Origin: the human T2T-CHM13v2.0 reference genome, Homo sapiens | Assembly (NCBI RefSeq): GCF_009914755.1 | Contig: NC_060929.1 | Direction: 5' to 3' (one strand) | Length of the DNA: 64,000 nucleotides | Shown here: piece by piece, positions 1 to 15,012 of the stretch | Position numbering within the stretch: position 1 is the first letter of the stretch | Layout: every line of letters starts with the position of its first letter | Translations under genes and position numbers: made by a program | The notes under the pieces: generated by a model | What the model was told of the DNA's origin: nothing | Seen by the model: the letters and a program-made list of their open reading frames with translations, nothing else | The model's database searches: none

Positions 1-479
1 TGAAAAGTTTTTTCATTATGGATATTTTAAGATTCCTTTTGGTTGTCATTAACAAGACATGATAAATATATTCTGTATAATATAAAGCAATATGACTATT
101 TGAACTCTTCACACAACATAGTATAATGGTCACAGATATTTCAATTTGATTTGGTAATCTTATGCTATTAAAATCATTAAAATGTAAATGAATTACTGAA
201 TTAAACACACTTTCACTACACTCTTAGCACAATTAATATTGTATAAAATTATCTGCATAATTATACACAGTATGTTTACATAAAACAGCCAGGAAAGAGC
301 TACAAATCAGAGGCTGAGTGTAAAATATTTTAAGCTGTGTGCTGAAGTCTTCTAAATATGGAAATCTAAGTGGTTGTTTTAGTATTGGTGCTTTATGTAA
401 CTGCAGACTGTTCTAAATTTCATGCTTTACTTATTTAAATGCTAAATAACTCTATACCTATTTTTAAAATTCTCATAAA

Positions 480-549
480 TATATATACATGTACATATAT
501 GTGTGTGGGTGTGTATATATATATAGAGAGAGAGAGAGTGAGTGAGTGT
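480..549. repeat. Compound dinucleotide microsatellite (TA/TG/TA/GA)
   Basis: Adjacent runs tatatatac...tgtgtgtgggtgtg-tatatatatata-gagagagagagaga-gtgagtgagtg are read directly. Confidence 0.8.
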
Positions 550-2344
550 ATTTTAAACCTGTGTGCATTGTTCACAAAATTAAAAGGAAATTATTTTCTT
601 CAATTAATTTACATTATGAGTTAACTATTTGAAATTTAGCATTAGTTCATCAGCAAAAGCCACAATGAGCATTTTAATGCAGCATAGGATATACAGATAT
701 GCCTAGGACAAAAGACTCAACATTTCCAGAAAATAGGAACCATTTACAGGGAACCTCATTTTATGAATAGAATTGTGACCAATAAAATAATGTTACAAAA
801 TTACCTGCAACTATTCTAAGGAAAGAAATACTCTTGAATGCTTACATACCTAGCAACTGTGGATATTATTGTAATTATTGCCATCCTTCACAAGCATCAC
901 TCATATTACTATAGTGATGAACAGACTGATTCACCTGAATAATTAACCTTTACTACAGCATAACTACCTTCGGTACAGATTAATGTTTTCTATTCAGCTT
1001 AAGACATAAACCTACATGGGAAATCACACTTATTAAAAATGCTGTAAAAATCAATTGTTTCCTACCACTCTGAGGAATTAGTATCAACAATTAATTTGTG
1101 CAATATTTTTAAAAGCTTGTATTCATCTGTCTGTGCCCATTAAACAAAAACAGAATACAGCAAAATGAAATTAACAAAGAATGCTAATAAAATACAACTT
1201 TTCTGTTGATATCTTAGATATATAACTTTATTCATTATTGTACAACTCTTGGTTTTTTACATGTGGGAGATTTAAAAAGTCACCCAGTGATTTTTATAGT
1301 GCAACCGTATGCTAGATAAAGATATTTAAGCTGTCAGTATAAACTGCTTCTGTTTTCATTTTGCATTTAATTTCAATGCCAGACTCAAGGCATAAATTTT
1401 TCATCACCTGCAATGCTATGAATAAAAGATTAAAAAAGGAACTGAGAAGAAATTCTAACACATGCGGTGCATGCAGCACATTGTGCAGACGCAGTATTCA
1501 TAACTAGATGTTTAATTTCCATCTTTTTTTACGTCAGGAACATTATTATTTGGGTTAATACATCATGGAGCTAATTTCCAGTATTTTAGCTTTGCAGAAT
1601 TCAACTTTACCTAGTTTGAGCCAAATAGGCCATTCATTCTACTTGAAATCTCAAGTATACGCCCTAAGATTTACATGCTACTTTGTTAGCACTGCAGGGT
1701 TCTATTACTCTCATATTTCTAGAAAGGGAATATTTCAACATCATATATTTTTGTTTGGTTCCATGAAATAGCATGTACATTAACCTTGCCTCAAAGTTCA
1801 AAGAACTAAGAATTACTGAAATGGTCCCGCCTAATATCAGTTCCTCATTAAGGCTTGCTTCATGCTATCTGCCAAAAGATATCATCAATCCCAAGAGGTA
1901 AAGTTATGAGCTCAGTGTTAAGGCATTTTTTATTTAGTACTTAGGACTGTTTTCTGTAGCACAATGCATCTTCACTGTCACTTTATTAGCCTCCACAGGA
2001 CTCACAGACTAGAACAATTTCTAATTCTTGCCAATAGACTCTTAGTGAGCAAGAGACGCGTAAGAGCCGTTCCTAATCTCATCAGGAGGGCCTTGGGTTT
2101 ATTAGCCTTGCCATTCTGAAACTTCACTTTCTCAGGGCAGTCAAGAGCCTGCTGAGGACTACAGGCCTATTGGGGACAGCAAGAGTTATTCCCTTGGAGG
2201 TTAATGGCTTCTAATAATGTCTAGCTTATTGTCTTTGGCTCTAATTACTCAAACTAATTTTTATGGTTATAGAAATTAAATATACGGAAAGCTTTGGAAA
2301 AAAATAAACCAAACCATATTTTGATACATTATTATCAACATAGT

Positions 2345-2550
2345 ATCCAATTAGCTCAGTTGGTTAGCAGATAGTGCTAATGAGACCTACGTCATTGGTC
2401 CAATTCCACAGGGGCCAGTTAGCTTTACTTTGTTCTGTGGTCACAGACGGATACCTCATCCTATCCAGCTGTCTTAAGTGGTATTGGTCACCAAAATAAC
2501 CAAATGAGAGAGCATGGACGGATTAGTGTAAATCCACCTCTACAACTAGG
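2345..2550 (+). mobile_element. MamSINE1-like ancient tRNA-derived SINE (tRNA-Ile head)
   Basis: 2345-2417 resembles tRNA-Ile(AAT): ttagctcagttggttag (A box)...gtgctaatgag...ggggcca. It continues into the MamSINE1-type body ggccagttagctttactttgttctgtggtcacagac...attggtcac...gagagagcatggacggattagtgtaaatccac. Confidence 0.8.
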
Positions 2551-2719
2551 CTCTAGAGGGCATCAGCATCATTTTTTGTGACAATTGTACAAAAATGAGG
2601 TTTTTAAAATGAGACTTTTTGATTTTTTTGCTTATTGTTTATGACTGTAAAGCAAATAATTTATATCTTCAAAACATTTAATGGGCTTTAATGAGCTAGA
2701 CTTCGTAACATCTCTATGA

Positions 2720-2870
2720 TATTGACAAGTTTAATTAAGCTTACTTTACAGTTGAAAAAGCTCAAAACTGAGAGGTTAAGTCACTTGTCTGAGGTCACAT
2801 AAAATGTCAGAGGTATTTCTCAGATTAGAATCCTGGTCTTCTGTATCTCATTCCATTGCGGTACCCATGA
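2720..2870 (-). mobile_element. MIR SINE fragment
   Basis: Reverse MIR core: tttacagttgaaaaagctc...gagaggttaagtcacttgtctgaggtcaca...agaatcctggtcttctg. Confidence 0.75.
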
Positions 2871-3764
2871 GAGTGCTCTGCCTCTATGGAAACAGTCTGA
2901 AGACACAGTAATATGTCACTATATTATCACATTATTTTTCATTATGCTAGAAGACACAGCTTAGCGAAAAGGCACAGTGAGTCAAGGATTACAGATGTAT
3001 TTCTCTTTAAGCAACATAAATGTATGGAAATTTGGATTTGCTGAACAGATAAATTAGAAAGTGTCATGTATCACTTAGTCTGTGCTACCTCATATTGTTA
3101 TTAATCATTTTTTTTGCATAGTCTAACTTCCTAACTAGACAGTAAGCACGAGGACCATGTCTTATATCTCTTTGAATCCATACTAGATATTAATAAATAT
3201 TTAGTCATGACAATGGCATTTGATTGGAAGGGGATAGAAAAATATATGACTGTGGACCCTACGGAAAGGGTAAAATAGGGGAAGAGATAAGCATCATGAC
3301 ATTGGGAAGGCATCGATTTTTCCTATTGGGCCTGTGTCATTGCAGCAATTTTAGTTTGATGTATTATACAAACAAACTTTATAAGAGTGCCTAAAACATA
3401 CCCTAGATACCAAGCATGAAGAGGCCTTACAGAGATGACATACTTAAGGAAAATGCTTTCGATGAGGAAAATGCCTAACCAGCAGTGTAGGAGAGGCAGC
3501 TTGGCATAGCTATGGAAGGTAGAGATGTCACTCTGTGCAACCCTGCACCACGCCATCAATGGAGATACGGTGTTGTGTGAAAATTAGTTGCTCAGTATTG
3601 TGGAAGAGAAAACCACATGATGGCAGGGGAGATGGGCAGAAATATGGTTTTTATTTTTTAAAATTATTAGTCACAAGATATTTTTAAATTGTATGCTTTT
3701 CTTATGCCTGAGGTAACCTTGTTTAGGAGAAAATTGATTTACTTAGAACTTTTCAGAATTATGG

Positions 3765-3765
<1 letters not shown>

Positions 3766-3796
<31 letters not shown>

Positions 3797-4072
3797 AGAC
3801 AGGGTCTCACTCTGTTGCCCAGGCTGGAGTGCAATGGCATGATCACATGGAGCCTTGACCTCCCCGGGCTCAGGTGATCCTCCCACCTCAGCCTCCTGAG
3901 TAGCTAAGAGTACAGGTGTAAGCGACCATGCCAAGCTAATTTTTGTATTTTTTATAGAGACGAGGTCTCATTATCTTACCTAGGCTTGTCTTGAAGTCCT
4001 GAGCTCAAGTAATCTGCCTGCCTCAGCCTCCCAAAGTATTGGGATTACAGATGTAAGCCACCACACTTGGCC
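3766..4072 (-). mobile_element. AluJ, full length
   Basis: T30 tail, gagacagggtctcactctgttgcccaggctggagtgc, both arms, J-type ggctcaggtgatcctcccacctcagcc. TSD aattatgg at 3757-3764 and 4073-4080. Confidence 0.95.
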
Positions 4073-5642
4073 AATTATGGTAATTTTGTAAGTTAAAGTA
4101 TACCTGTAAAGCTTTGTTCCCTTCAGGTAATTGGCTTGAATTTGATTTTGTTAGTGAAGGATGAAGTCAAGGACCACTGGGGTTGCTCTGTAAAATGAGG
4201 AGCTGTTTGGGAAATAGGTCTTAACACTAATGTGATTCAAGAAGGAAATGGCAGACACAGCAGAAAACTCAAGATATAATGTGCATATTCCCCACAGATG
4301 GACCATCAACAAGTTTTTCATTTTAATGCAGTCATCTCTTTCCTATTCATGTCTCTATTATTAAATCTCTGGTATTGGGGTTCCTCAAAGAATAGCCTTC
4401 TGAGCTCTATGGGCTGATCTCATCACTAACTCCTATAGCAGTTAGGATAATCACTATCTTTTCTTGTATATGAATATTCTGTGCAAGGTTATTAGAAAAT
4501 GTAAATTCACTGCTCAACTTTATTTGTTAAAAGCTAGAAAAAATTAAAATCATGTAATGCTTATTCTCAGGTGAAATATAGCACTCTTATGCTGCACAGA
4601 TTTACAGTATAATTACATAGGCAATATAGTTTAATTTTCATCTTCTGATTTTTAAAGTATTATTAATAAATTCGTGTTTGATATTATTTGAGCTTTGATG
4701 ATAATTTGCCTTCTTCAACATATGAGGAAATGTACTGAACACCCAATATTTCAGGGATGGCTTCTTCCTGCCAGATTAGTGCTTATCAACCTAGGAGGCT
4801 TCCAGGGGCCATGAACCTCCTGAAAGTGTTGGCAAGTTCTGGAGGTAGATACGTATGTTACATGTTTCTAGGCAGAGCTCTTCTTAGAACTTCAAAGGAG
4901 TTCCTGTTTCAAAAGAGAGGTAAGAACCACTACTCTAAATTTTTATCTTGTGTTCACTTGTAAGAAGTTAATATTCATCTCTCTGTGACAATTAAAGATC
5001 TGTCTACCTACCTACCTACCTATCTCGTTCAATTTAGTTGTTTTATAAATTTGTGGAATGCTCAAATAAATGAAAAAATGCTGTATTTTCTTTCTAAAAA
5101 GAAAAAAAGGGACACATGTGACAACTAAAAAATTTACACCAATTACAATATTTCCATATGGAGTACTGGGAGAGATTAACAGGGGCAGTTAAAGAAATGT
5201 CTTTCCTTCAGATATTTAAGATAAAAATAAATACTCTCTATAAGAGACTTTAGATGTAGTTCCTTCTAGGAAGTAGTTTGCTAGACTAGAACTCTTGGGG
5301 TCGTTTCTAGGTTTATGATTTCTTCATTACATGCTTCCAGGATATGTCAGATAATTACTTGTCTTCATTGTCAATCAAACACATCACTTCAGACACAGAC
5401 CATGCTTAACCTATATTTTAAAAAAGAAAACCTGTTTGAACCAAAATACTCCAAACACACATACAAACACATTCACTGAAGATCAGATGTTAGAGAAATG
5501 AATTCTGTTTAGATTCGTGCCATCAACTTACTTAGTTCTCAAAAGCAAGTTAATCTTGCCAAAAATCATTGAAATGTGCTTTATTTTACTCCCAATTGCC
5601 CTAAATTTCTTAAATGCAAAAAATTGGATTTGAGGTTAGTCA

Positions 5643-5796
5643 AGAGGGTTTCTCAACATATCTAAGATGATTTTAAAAATTATAGATTCTTACATATCCC
5701 AGGTCTATACAAACAGAATTGCTAGAGAATAGCCCTGAGAATCTATAGTGTAACAAGAGACTAAAGTGACTTACGATCATACAAGGTTAGGAAATC
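5643..5796. mobile_element. Degenerate MER5-like hAT-Charlie MITE
   Basis: Starts agagggtttctcaac (Charlie TIR-like), contains aaaaattatagattct...cagaatt...gagaatct...taacaag, and ends aggttaggaaatc. Confidence 0.45.
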
Positions 5797-6451
5797 TAAA
5801 AGGACGTGATATTCTCAGTCTCTTAAGATTTTTGGCATTTGGCTAGTTGGTACATGGTTTTCTTCTGAAGATCTTCAATATACAGTATTATATAAGTCTT
5901 TCCAATTAATTTTACCTAAAGGCTGGGAGAATACATTCCCAATCATGAAATGAATTGCTAGTAAGTATGCAACATAGAATTTAAGGAGTTAGTTCAAAAT
6001 TCTCTTGTCAAGAAATTTAAGGAATCTAAATAAATACAAACACACAAATGTGGGTATTTTTAAATATAAAAAGAAATATGTATGGAGCACGTGTATGATG
6101 TTAAAATGAATAACAGCTTTCTTTATTGTCCTTTAAAAATCAGTAATGATTTCAAAGGCATTGATAAGCACAGGGTCAGCATCTTTTTTCAGTCATGCTC
6201 TTGGGGAAACATTAAATTCATATGCTCTTCTGGACAACTGTTTCTATTTGGATGTCACAAAAAAGTTTTTAATTCAAAAGAGGAAGAGGAAGGGTATTGG
6301 TGGAAATTTATAAAAGGTTTAGGAGAGTTTATTTTTTTATCATTAACAAAACTGAGAGTCAAGACGCCTTCTGTTTCTAATCATTTTTCTATTAACTTGG
6401 ACTTCTTTTCCCCTAACCTGAAAGTGGGAGGTGAAGTCTTATGCTTAGTTC

Positions 6452-6520
6452 TGTGGAGGCATTTGCCAATAGAATAAGGCATTTGCCAATAGAATAGAAT
6501 AATGTGGAGGCATTTGGCCA
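6452..6520. repeat. 20-bp tandem duplication plus partial third copy
   Basis: aggcatttgccaatagaata is exact at 6457-6476 and 6477-6496. tgtggaggcatttg recurs at 6452 and 6503. Confidence 0.9.
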
Positions 6521-9079
6521 CTTGGAGAATAGATCTATGGCCAAAAACATTGTTAACAATGGATATTTTTGCCTTAGGTTCTGTTTTTCCCCCAGCAACA
6601 TCAATAGTATATTTAAAATAATATACACTTATATATAAAGGAGTAACTATAAATATAGAAGTAAATGCAATTTTAGTGACACATAAAATAAATAACTCTA
6701 CTAACAAATACTGATGTTTCAGAAACAAAAGTATATGATTTCAGGTCTACATCACTGAAAAGTGATTGCAACTAAGCTACAAAGCAATACCAAAAGTTTT
6801 AGAGATGACCTAATGGTAAAAAGACAACTTTCTTAGTTTCTAAAAGGTAATGACTAGACAGGATGATCTAATTCCAGATTGTTCTATATGCTGTAAATGC
6901 TACAGAATGGTTGTTATTGCATAAAAATGAACCACTTTATTATAAATAGAAGGTTGCTATGCCATTTTGGGGTAATCTCTCACGACTCCATTGGTAGCTC
7001 CATGCTGGTTGGTATGTAATGTAGTTCATTCAATTATTATTTAAGGTAAAATGCTGAATTGTTCATGTAAATTCAACTGCCCCTTTTAGTAAAGTATGCA
7101 GATTAACTTTTCCCAATTTGGTCCACTCCGGGGAGTAACTTTCAATTTTGCTAGGTAGTTAAGTGATTTTTCATTTGTAGTGTTATATGAACATTATTAA
7201 GAGAATTCCTGCAGTTACAGAACTCATACTTGGAATTTCTTCTAAATTTTGTGTGCCAACTTATTTAAATTATTAAGACTGAAATAGCTTTGATCTCAGA
7301 TCATTTTATAATCATTTTATCTGTAACAGGGAAGTTTGGCTCTACTGTTTCTTTACAGTAATTTTGTTATGCACCAAATTCAAGATTCACACTTTCAGTG
7401 AATTGAAAAGTGATCATCTTCCCAGTTTATTTGTAAGCCTGTAGGCAACTTATTAGTAAGGTGAATTTTAGAATGCCCTCAGTAAGAATGTAAAATAACT
7501 CATGAAACACACAGTGTATTGTGTAACACTACTGTTAAACAAATTGCCTAAGTTTCAGGGAGACTTAACATGCTTGCCTGTGCTCTCCTTGTTGATCCCT
7601 AGCAGTATTTTCCTCTATAGTCTATTAGTAAACTGGAGACTCAATGTTTTAGACTCCTGAGAATGACTTTTTTATAGTTTCCATTATACAATAAATTATT
7701 TTTCAACATACTTTTTTGGAGTGGTTCATTTATTTATATGACCTCAAGCCTTGGGAAAGATTAAATTAAGGATAAAGTTTTACATCAGCTTCATTTTTAA
7801 TAGTTTTTTGGTGCCTTTATCCTGCAGCAATCTAATTTATATTATCTTTAAAAATCTATCATATAAATATATTACTATGCATAATCTAAGCAGTAGCATT
7901 GCTAATATTTTTATATTTATAATTATTTATTCACTTCAAGTCACTCAGCATGCCATTAATGGGCCATGTGGCTGAATATCCTAATTTGTCCTTGTGACTT
8001 ATAATTAGTTTAAGTGGAAGTTCAATATAAAGTATTTTGAAGTTTATAAGAATTATTTTTTCTGTTACATGCATGTCCATAGATATAAAACTCAAAGATT
8101 TTCTTCCTTTCATAATATACTATAATATGGTTACAAGTGCATTGAAATTCATCTTGTTAGAATGGTAGTAATATATCCCACCAGGACTACTGTTCCTAGT
8201 AGCAATTTAAAATAATTATTGTGAGACTTGATGCTAGACATCAGGTTTGCAATAGAATTACAATGAGGGAAGTGTATTAGAGACAAAACATTGCTGGAAG
8301 AAAACTTCATAATGGCGCAATTTGGAACTAAGCCTCAATTTTACAGTAATAGATTCTCTTTATGATGGCACAAAGGAGTGAATGCACTTAGCAAATTTAA
8401 ATCTATTATTAGTCACACTTTGTGGATTGCAGTGCAAAAAGGAGAAAAGAAATTAGCTTTTTAAGTATGTTCTTACATAAAACAGGTTCCAGTAAGAACA
8501 GTCTTATATAAAATCTCCTTGTTAGAGTTCAGAAGCACTGTCAGTCTTCATAACATCAGGGAGTTGTCCAGGTTTAAAAGTCTTTCCAAAACTAGTTCTG
8601 GAGGTCTCTTATTTCAGATGATAAGTTTCTGAAGTCAGAATATGTTCGACATCAGTATATTTCTTATTTACAGAAATACCATATAGAACAAGAAAGACAG
8701 TTAATTTGGTCTCTGCTGCTTATTGTAATTTTTCTTCTTGAATGAAGAGGTATTTGCAGTTCACATTAGTACTATATCTGCCTTTAACATGATTTCAATT
8801 ACAGTGAAGAGAACTCAGCAGCATTAAGTCGGTATGATGTGGCACTCAGCTAAAGTAACAGGAGTTGCAAGTGGCAATTTTGCAAAGGAAAACAACAGCA
8901 AGAATTCGGTGACATTTTTAGTATAAAATCAAAACACCAAAAATCTAAGCTTCCATTTTCAAGTTAATTAAAATGTTATATTTTTTGTTTTAATCATGGT
9001 CCATTTTTCTTATCTCATCTGAAAATAATACAGGGTAGAATATTTGATAACAGCAAAATTCAGTTTTAAAATAACATTC

Positions 9080-9405
9080 GGTCAGGTGCAGTGGCTCACA
9101 CCTGTAATCCCAGGACTTTGGAGGCTGAGGTGGGAGGATTGCTTGAGCCCAGGAGTTCGAGACCAGACTGGGTAACATAGTGAGACCACCATCTCTACAA
9201 AAATATTTAAAATTAGCTGGGCGTGGTGGTGCGTGCCTATAGTCCCAGCTACTTGGGAGGCTGAGGTGGGAGGAAAACTTAAGCCCCACAGGTCAAGGCT
9301 GCAGTGAGTCAAGATTGCACCATTGCACTCTAGAGCCAGGGTGATGGAGTGAGAGTCTGTTTCAAAAAAAATAATTAAAAATAAATAAATACATACATAC
9401 ATACA
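9080..9405 (+). mobile_element. AluJ, full length, with (TAAA)/(TACA)n tail
   Basis: ggtcaggtgcagtggctcacacctgtaatccc...ggaggattgcttgagcccaggagttcgag (J diagnostic). Partial TSD taaaataac at 9067-9075 and 9406-9414. Confidence 0.95.
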
Positions 9406-9689
9406 TAAAATAACGTGTAATCTTTCCATAATGTTATTGACTGGATACATAGGGATGCAGCTGTAATCCTTAAGAAATATTAAATAAAATTCCTGAGATG
9501 TTTCACTTAATTATTTCTCTGTGAAAAAGAATGAAAACACCCAGTTGCATTGAGAAAGGCCGACCTTAAATAAAAATAGATGTTGGTAGATTGAGAGATA
9601 AGAAAACAAGAACAAACTGATAATGGTCACCTTTAAAATGAAGTTCTACGTAGCCTTAATAGGGTAATTATAAATAAATAAAATAGTCT

Positions 9690-10000
9690 AGTCTCTTCCC
9701 TAAACCAAATTTATTCTTTCTCAGGAGCTCTCCATCTTAGTGAACCAATCTATACTGTTGTCCAAACCAGAAACCTGTGTATCATCCCTGAACATATCTC
9801 TTCCCTCTCTCACCCAGCCAGTCTCCAAGTTCTACTTCCTATTTCACAAACATGTTCATTTCCATCTATTCCCACTGCCACTGTCCTAATTCAAGCCACC
9901 ATCCCATCATTTCTGTATAGTATTAAACAGTCTCCTGGTTGGATTTTTTCCTTCCCTGATTCAATCTATTCTCCATGTTACAGTAGGACAGATCCTTCCA
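9690..10000 (+). mobile_element. L2 LINE fragment
   Basis: L2 3'-region motifs ccatcttagtgaac...ccagaaacctgtgtatcatccctga...cccactgccactgtcctaattcaagccaccatc...attcaatctattctcca. Confidence 0.75.
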
Positions 10001-10009
10001 AACTATTTC

Positions 10010-10800
10010 ATAAAAATGATAAAGGAAAATACTAATAAATATGAGTATATAAATTTCTTTTAAAAAAATCTCAGAAGAAAATACCCCAATAAAATAAAAT
10101 AGGTCATAAAGTGGCAAAAATATTTGCAATACATATAGCAAAGAGTTAATGTTGCTAATCAATAAAGAATTCTTACAAATCCTAAAAGAAATATAGGCAA
10201 AGGAATTAAGCAGCCAATTTACATAAAAAGAAAATGGATTATAAGAATATAAAAAGATGCCTAACTTCATTCCTAAAGGAAATACAAATTAAAATTAGAT
10301 ATTTTTAACCTATCAAATTGAGAAAGATTTAAAAGTTTGAAAATGTGGGGAAAAGAAGCCCTGTCATATACTATTGATGGGTATATAAATTAGCATAGCC
10401 TCTTTGAAAGGAAATTTGGAATACATGATAAAATTTAAACATTTTTATCTATATAAAAATTTAAATAATAGTTATGTTTAATCAGGCTTTTACACTTACA
10501 GAAATATACCCAGAAATATTAGTATACCTACACAAAGATAAACAAATATGCAATAACTTTTACATTTTAGTAAAAATGGAAGATAAATATTCATCAGTTT
10601 GGTTTCAGTTAAATAATTTATGGGAACCCATATCATTCTGGAATATTAGGAAGTGGTTAAAAAAGAGTAAGATGGATCTTCATGTAGTCATATGGAAAAA
10701 TCACTATGTTACACTGTCAAGTAGAAAAAGTAAGACAACAGTTCGTTCGATATGCCTTATTTGTGTAAAAACGTATATGTTTGTGTATCTATGTCCCCTT
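10010..10800 (+). mobile_element. Old L1 (L1ME-type) ORF2 3' end/3'UTR fragment
   Basis: aaaatatttgcaatacatatagcaaagagttaat...aaaagatgcctaacttca...ggaaatacaaattaaa...tgtggggaaaagaagccctgtcatatactattgatgggtatataaattag. Confidence 0.75.
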
Positions 10801-11369
10801 ATTAATTTAAGGATACATACACATCTCTCATTGATGGAAATGGTGATGAAGGGCTTTCTAAGTGAGGGTAAGAATGTAAGCACGACTGTGGGGGTGGGGG
10901 GCTGTATGAAGTGGAGATATAGTTTCCCAGAAAATTTATTTCCTTCTTTGTGCCCCTCAAAGGGAGACACAGTCTTCTCTACCTCCGCACCCTAGGCCTA
11001 CTCCATTTCAGACCCAGTCTAGTGTTACTATGCTCCCTAGAAATGGACACCCAGAAGCCAAACTAGAAGAGGTTCCCATTGTCCTCTATGAAGCTTGGGA
11101 CAGAAACATTGCTGAGCTATACATACTGCCCCAAACTGTCCAGCTTTCAGGGTGGTTTTGTTAGGTTCTAGACCACTAGGTACTTCAGAAGTCTTGAAAG
11201 AAATATAAAAACCAAGACATCCAACCAGAAAAAAAATAGCATAGGAAGACCTACTGGTTTTCTAAATCTAGATGTAGCAACACAAATGTTCTCTGACTCA
11301 TTTTTTTCTTTCAATTCTGGTAACCAAGTTCTCAAAGATTCTTTCTACCAAATGGTCTGTCAGATGTGC

Positions 11370-12470
11370 CCCTTTCACTTCACCTCCATGACCCATCTCC
11401 TGAACCTAGGCCTCGTTATTTCCTGTTTGGAGAAACATTTGACCTCTTACTTCATTCTTTCCCACTTAAGATCCATTTTCTCCTGACACCTGCCAGAACA
11501 GGATTCATGTGTTTTGGCACTCCTGCTTCCACTCCATATGCTTTCTACATTGGTGATCATTTGCTCCCATTTCTTCAACAATCACCTGTACGTGAATGAC
11601 TCCTGAGTGTATGTTTTAGTCCTGAATTTTCTTCTGAGTTTCCAACAGGAAACTCAACACATCCCCAAACAAACTTGTTCTCTTTCGCCAAGACCTTTTT
11701 CTTCAATGTCTCTCTCTCTCTCTCTTTTTTTTTGCACTATTGTTTAACACATTTTTACAAATTCTTCCACCAAATGTTTCCAAATTGCTCTCTTTTTATG
11801 CCTGTTGCCCTGCAGAGATTCTAGTCCTCAGCATCTCCAGCTTGGATACGTCCACTTTTGTAACTACTGTTTTCCAGGCCTGCAGCATCTCCACCTCCGG
11901 ACCATCCTCAGATCTGCTAGGATAGCCTCATAAGAAGAAGCCTCAGTGAATTACGAAAGTACAGAATATAGGGATCATTGGTACCTGAATCTAGTTTGAG
12001 GTTACCAGTCTTAACTCCAACCACACTGTTCTTTACTTCTACCTTCTCACCATAATGAACCACTCTTTATTTTCAAACTGTGCCAGGTTTTTCCATATCA
12101 CAGTGCCCTTGCCAGTGCAATGTCCCCAACCCAGAATATGCCTCTCCCACATCTATCTGGCCAATTTCTATTATTCCTCTTATTCAATCTCATGAGTCAT
12201 CTCTTAACGTACAATCTTTTCTGTCTGCCCCCAAGCTGAATTGATTGACTTTTCATCTGCATTCTGATAACACATTAAACACACATACAATAATGTGTTC
12301 TGATCAGCCGGTTAGGATCTTTACTACTATGTGATTGAAGCACAAGGTTGGTTCAGTGGCCAAACTTTAAGTTCAATAGTTAAACAATAAGTTCTTCGAT
12401 TCCTTGAGTGCCTAGCACCATGTTTGGTACATGGTAATCTCTTAGTACATGTGTGTTAAATGAATGAATA
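11370..12470 (+). mobile_element. L2 LINE fragments including 3' terminus
   Basis: Pyrimidine-rich L2 body ending in the canonical terminus gtgcctagcaccatgtttggtacatggtaatctcttagtacatgtgtgttaaatgaatgaa. Confidence 0.7.
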
Positions 12471-12845
12471 GATAACCTTCTATGGCTTTGTTTTTCTGCA
12501 TCGAAGTTAACTTTGTCAGACTGGCAATTAAAGAACTCTTTCAAATTGTCTGTTCCTTTCCCAGTATAATTTTTTCTTTATCTTTCAAGCCTCAGAAACA
12601 GGACTTCATGCCTCATGTACATCATAAATATCTTTTATTTGCATTCATGTCAATTTCTGAACTTTTGCTTACACTATTTCCCTTACTTGGAAAGAGTTCC
12701 ATCTCCCAACTGTATAAAAATCTAAATACCTGTCTCCTCTCAACTTATAACTCTCTGCATTTTCTGTAGGTTGTGTACTAATTTTGCATTCCCTTAGATC
12801 TACATGGTTTATATGACATGTTTCATTACACATACATACACATAC

Positions 12846-13141
12846 TTTTTTTTTTTTTTTTGGCAGGGTCTTGCTCTGTCTCCCAGGCTGGAGTGCAGTG
12901 GCATGACCTTAGCTCACTGCAACCTCTGCCTCCCAGGTACAAGTGATTCTCATGGCTCAGCCACCTGACTTGCTGGGATTACAGGCGCGTACCACCATGC
13001 CTGGCTAATTTTTGCATTTTTAGTAGAGATGGGGTTTTTCCATGTTGCCCAGGCTGGTCTTGAACTTCTAGCCTCAAGTGATCTGCCCGCCTTGGCCTCC
13101 CAAAGTGCTGGGATTACAGGTATGAGCCACTGTGCCCGGTC
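12846..13141 (-). mobile_element. Alu, full length (AluJb/early AluS)
   Basis: T-tail, both arms, ends ctcccaaagtgctgggattacaggtatgagccactgtgcccggtc. TSD catacacatac (12835-12845) / catacacacac (13142-13152). Confidence 0.95.
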
Positions 13142-13161
13142 CATACACACACATTTTATTC

Positions 13162-13238
13162 TATAGGTTCAGCGATATGAAATTGCCAATATTCAAGCTT
13201 GCCTACAAAAATAACAATTTCATGTCATTCAACTTAAT
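13162..13238. mobile_element. MADE2 (Mariner/Hsmar2-derived MITE, about 80 bp)
   Basis: Palindromic taggttcagcgatatgaaattgccaatattc...cctacaaaaataacaatttcatgtcattcaacttaat. The perfect IR core is atgaaattg (13177-13185) / caatttcat (13215-13223). It matches the recalled MADE2 consensus. Confidence 0.8.
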
Positions 13239-13333
13239 TATAAATTTTTGAAGGCAGGTTACTATGTCATAACGTTTTGCTTTGTCTTTTAGTTTAATGT
13301 TATCATTGGCACTATTCTATGCAGACAGTAAGT

Positions 13334-15012
<1,679 letters not shown>

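Noticed and set aside
2345-2417. Functional tRNA-Ile gene
   Set aside because: Acceptor and T stems are broken, the B box is degenerate and the sequence runs into a SINE body.
10474-10995. Longest ORF in the track (173 aa)
   Set aside because: It lies largely in a decayed L1ME 3' region, has no recognisable domain and shows AT-driven composition.
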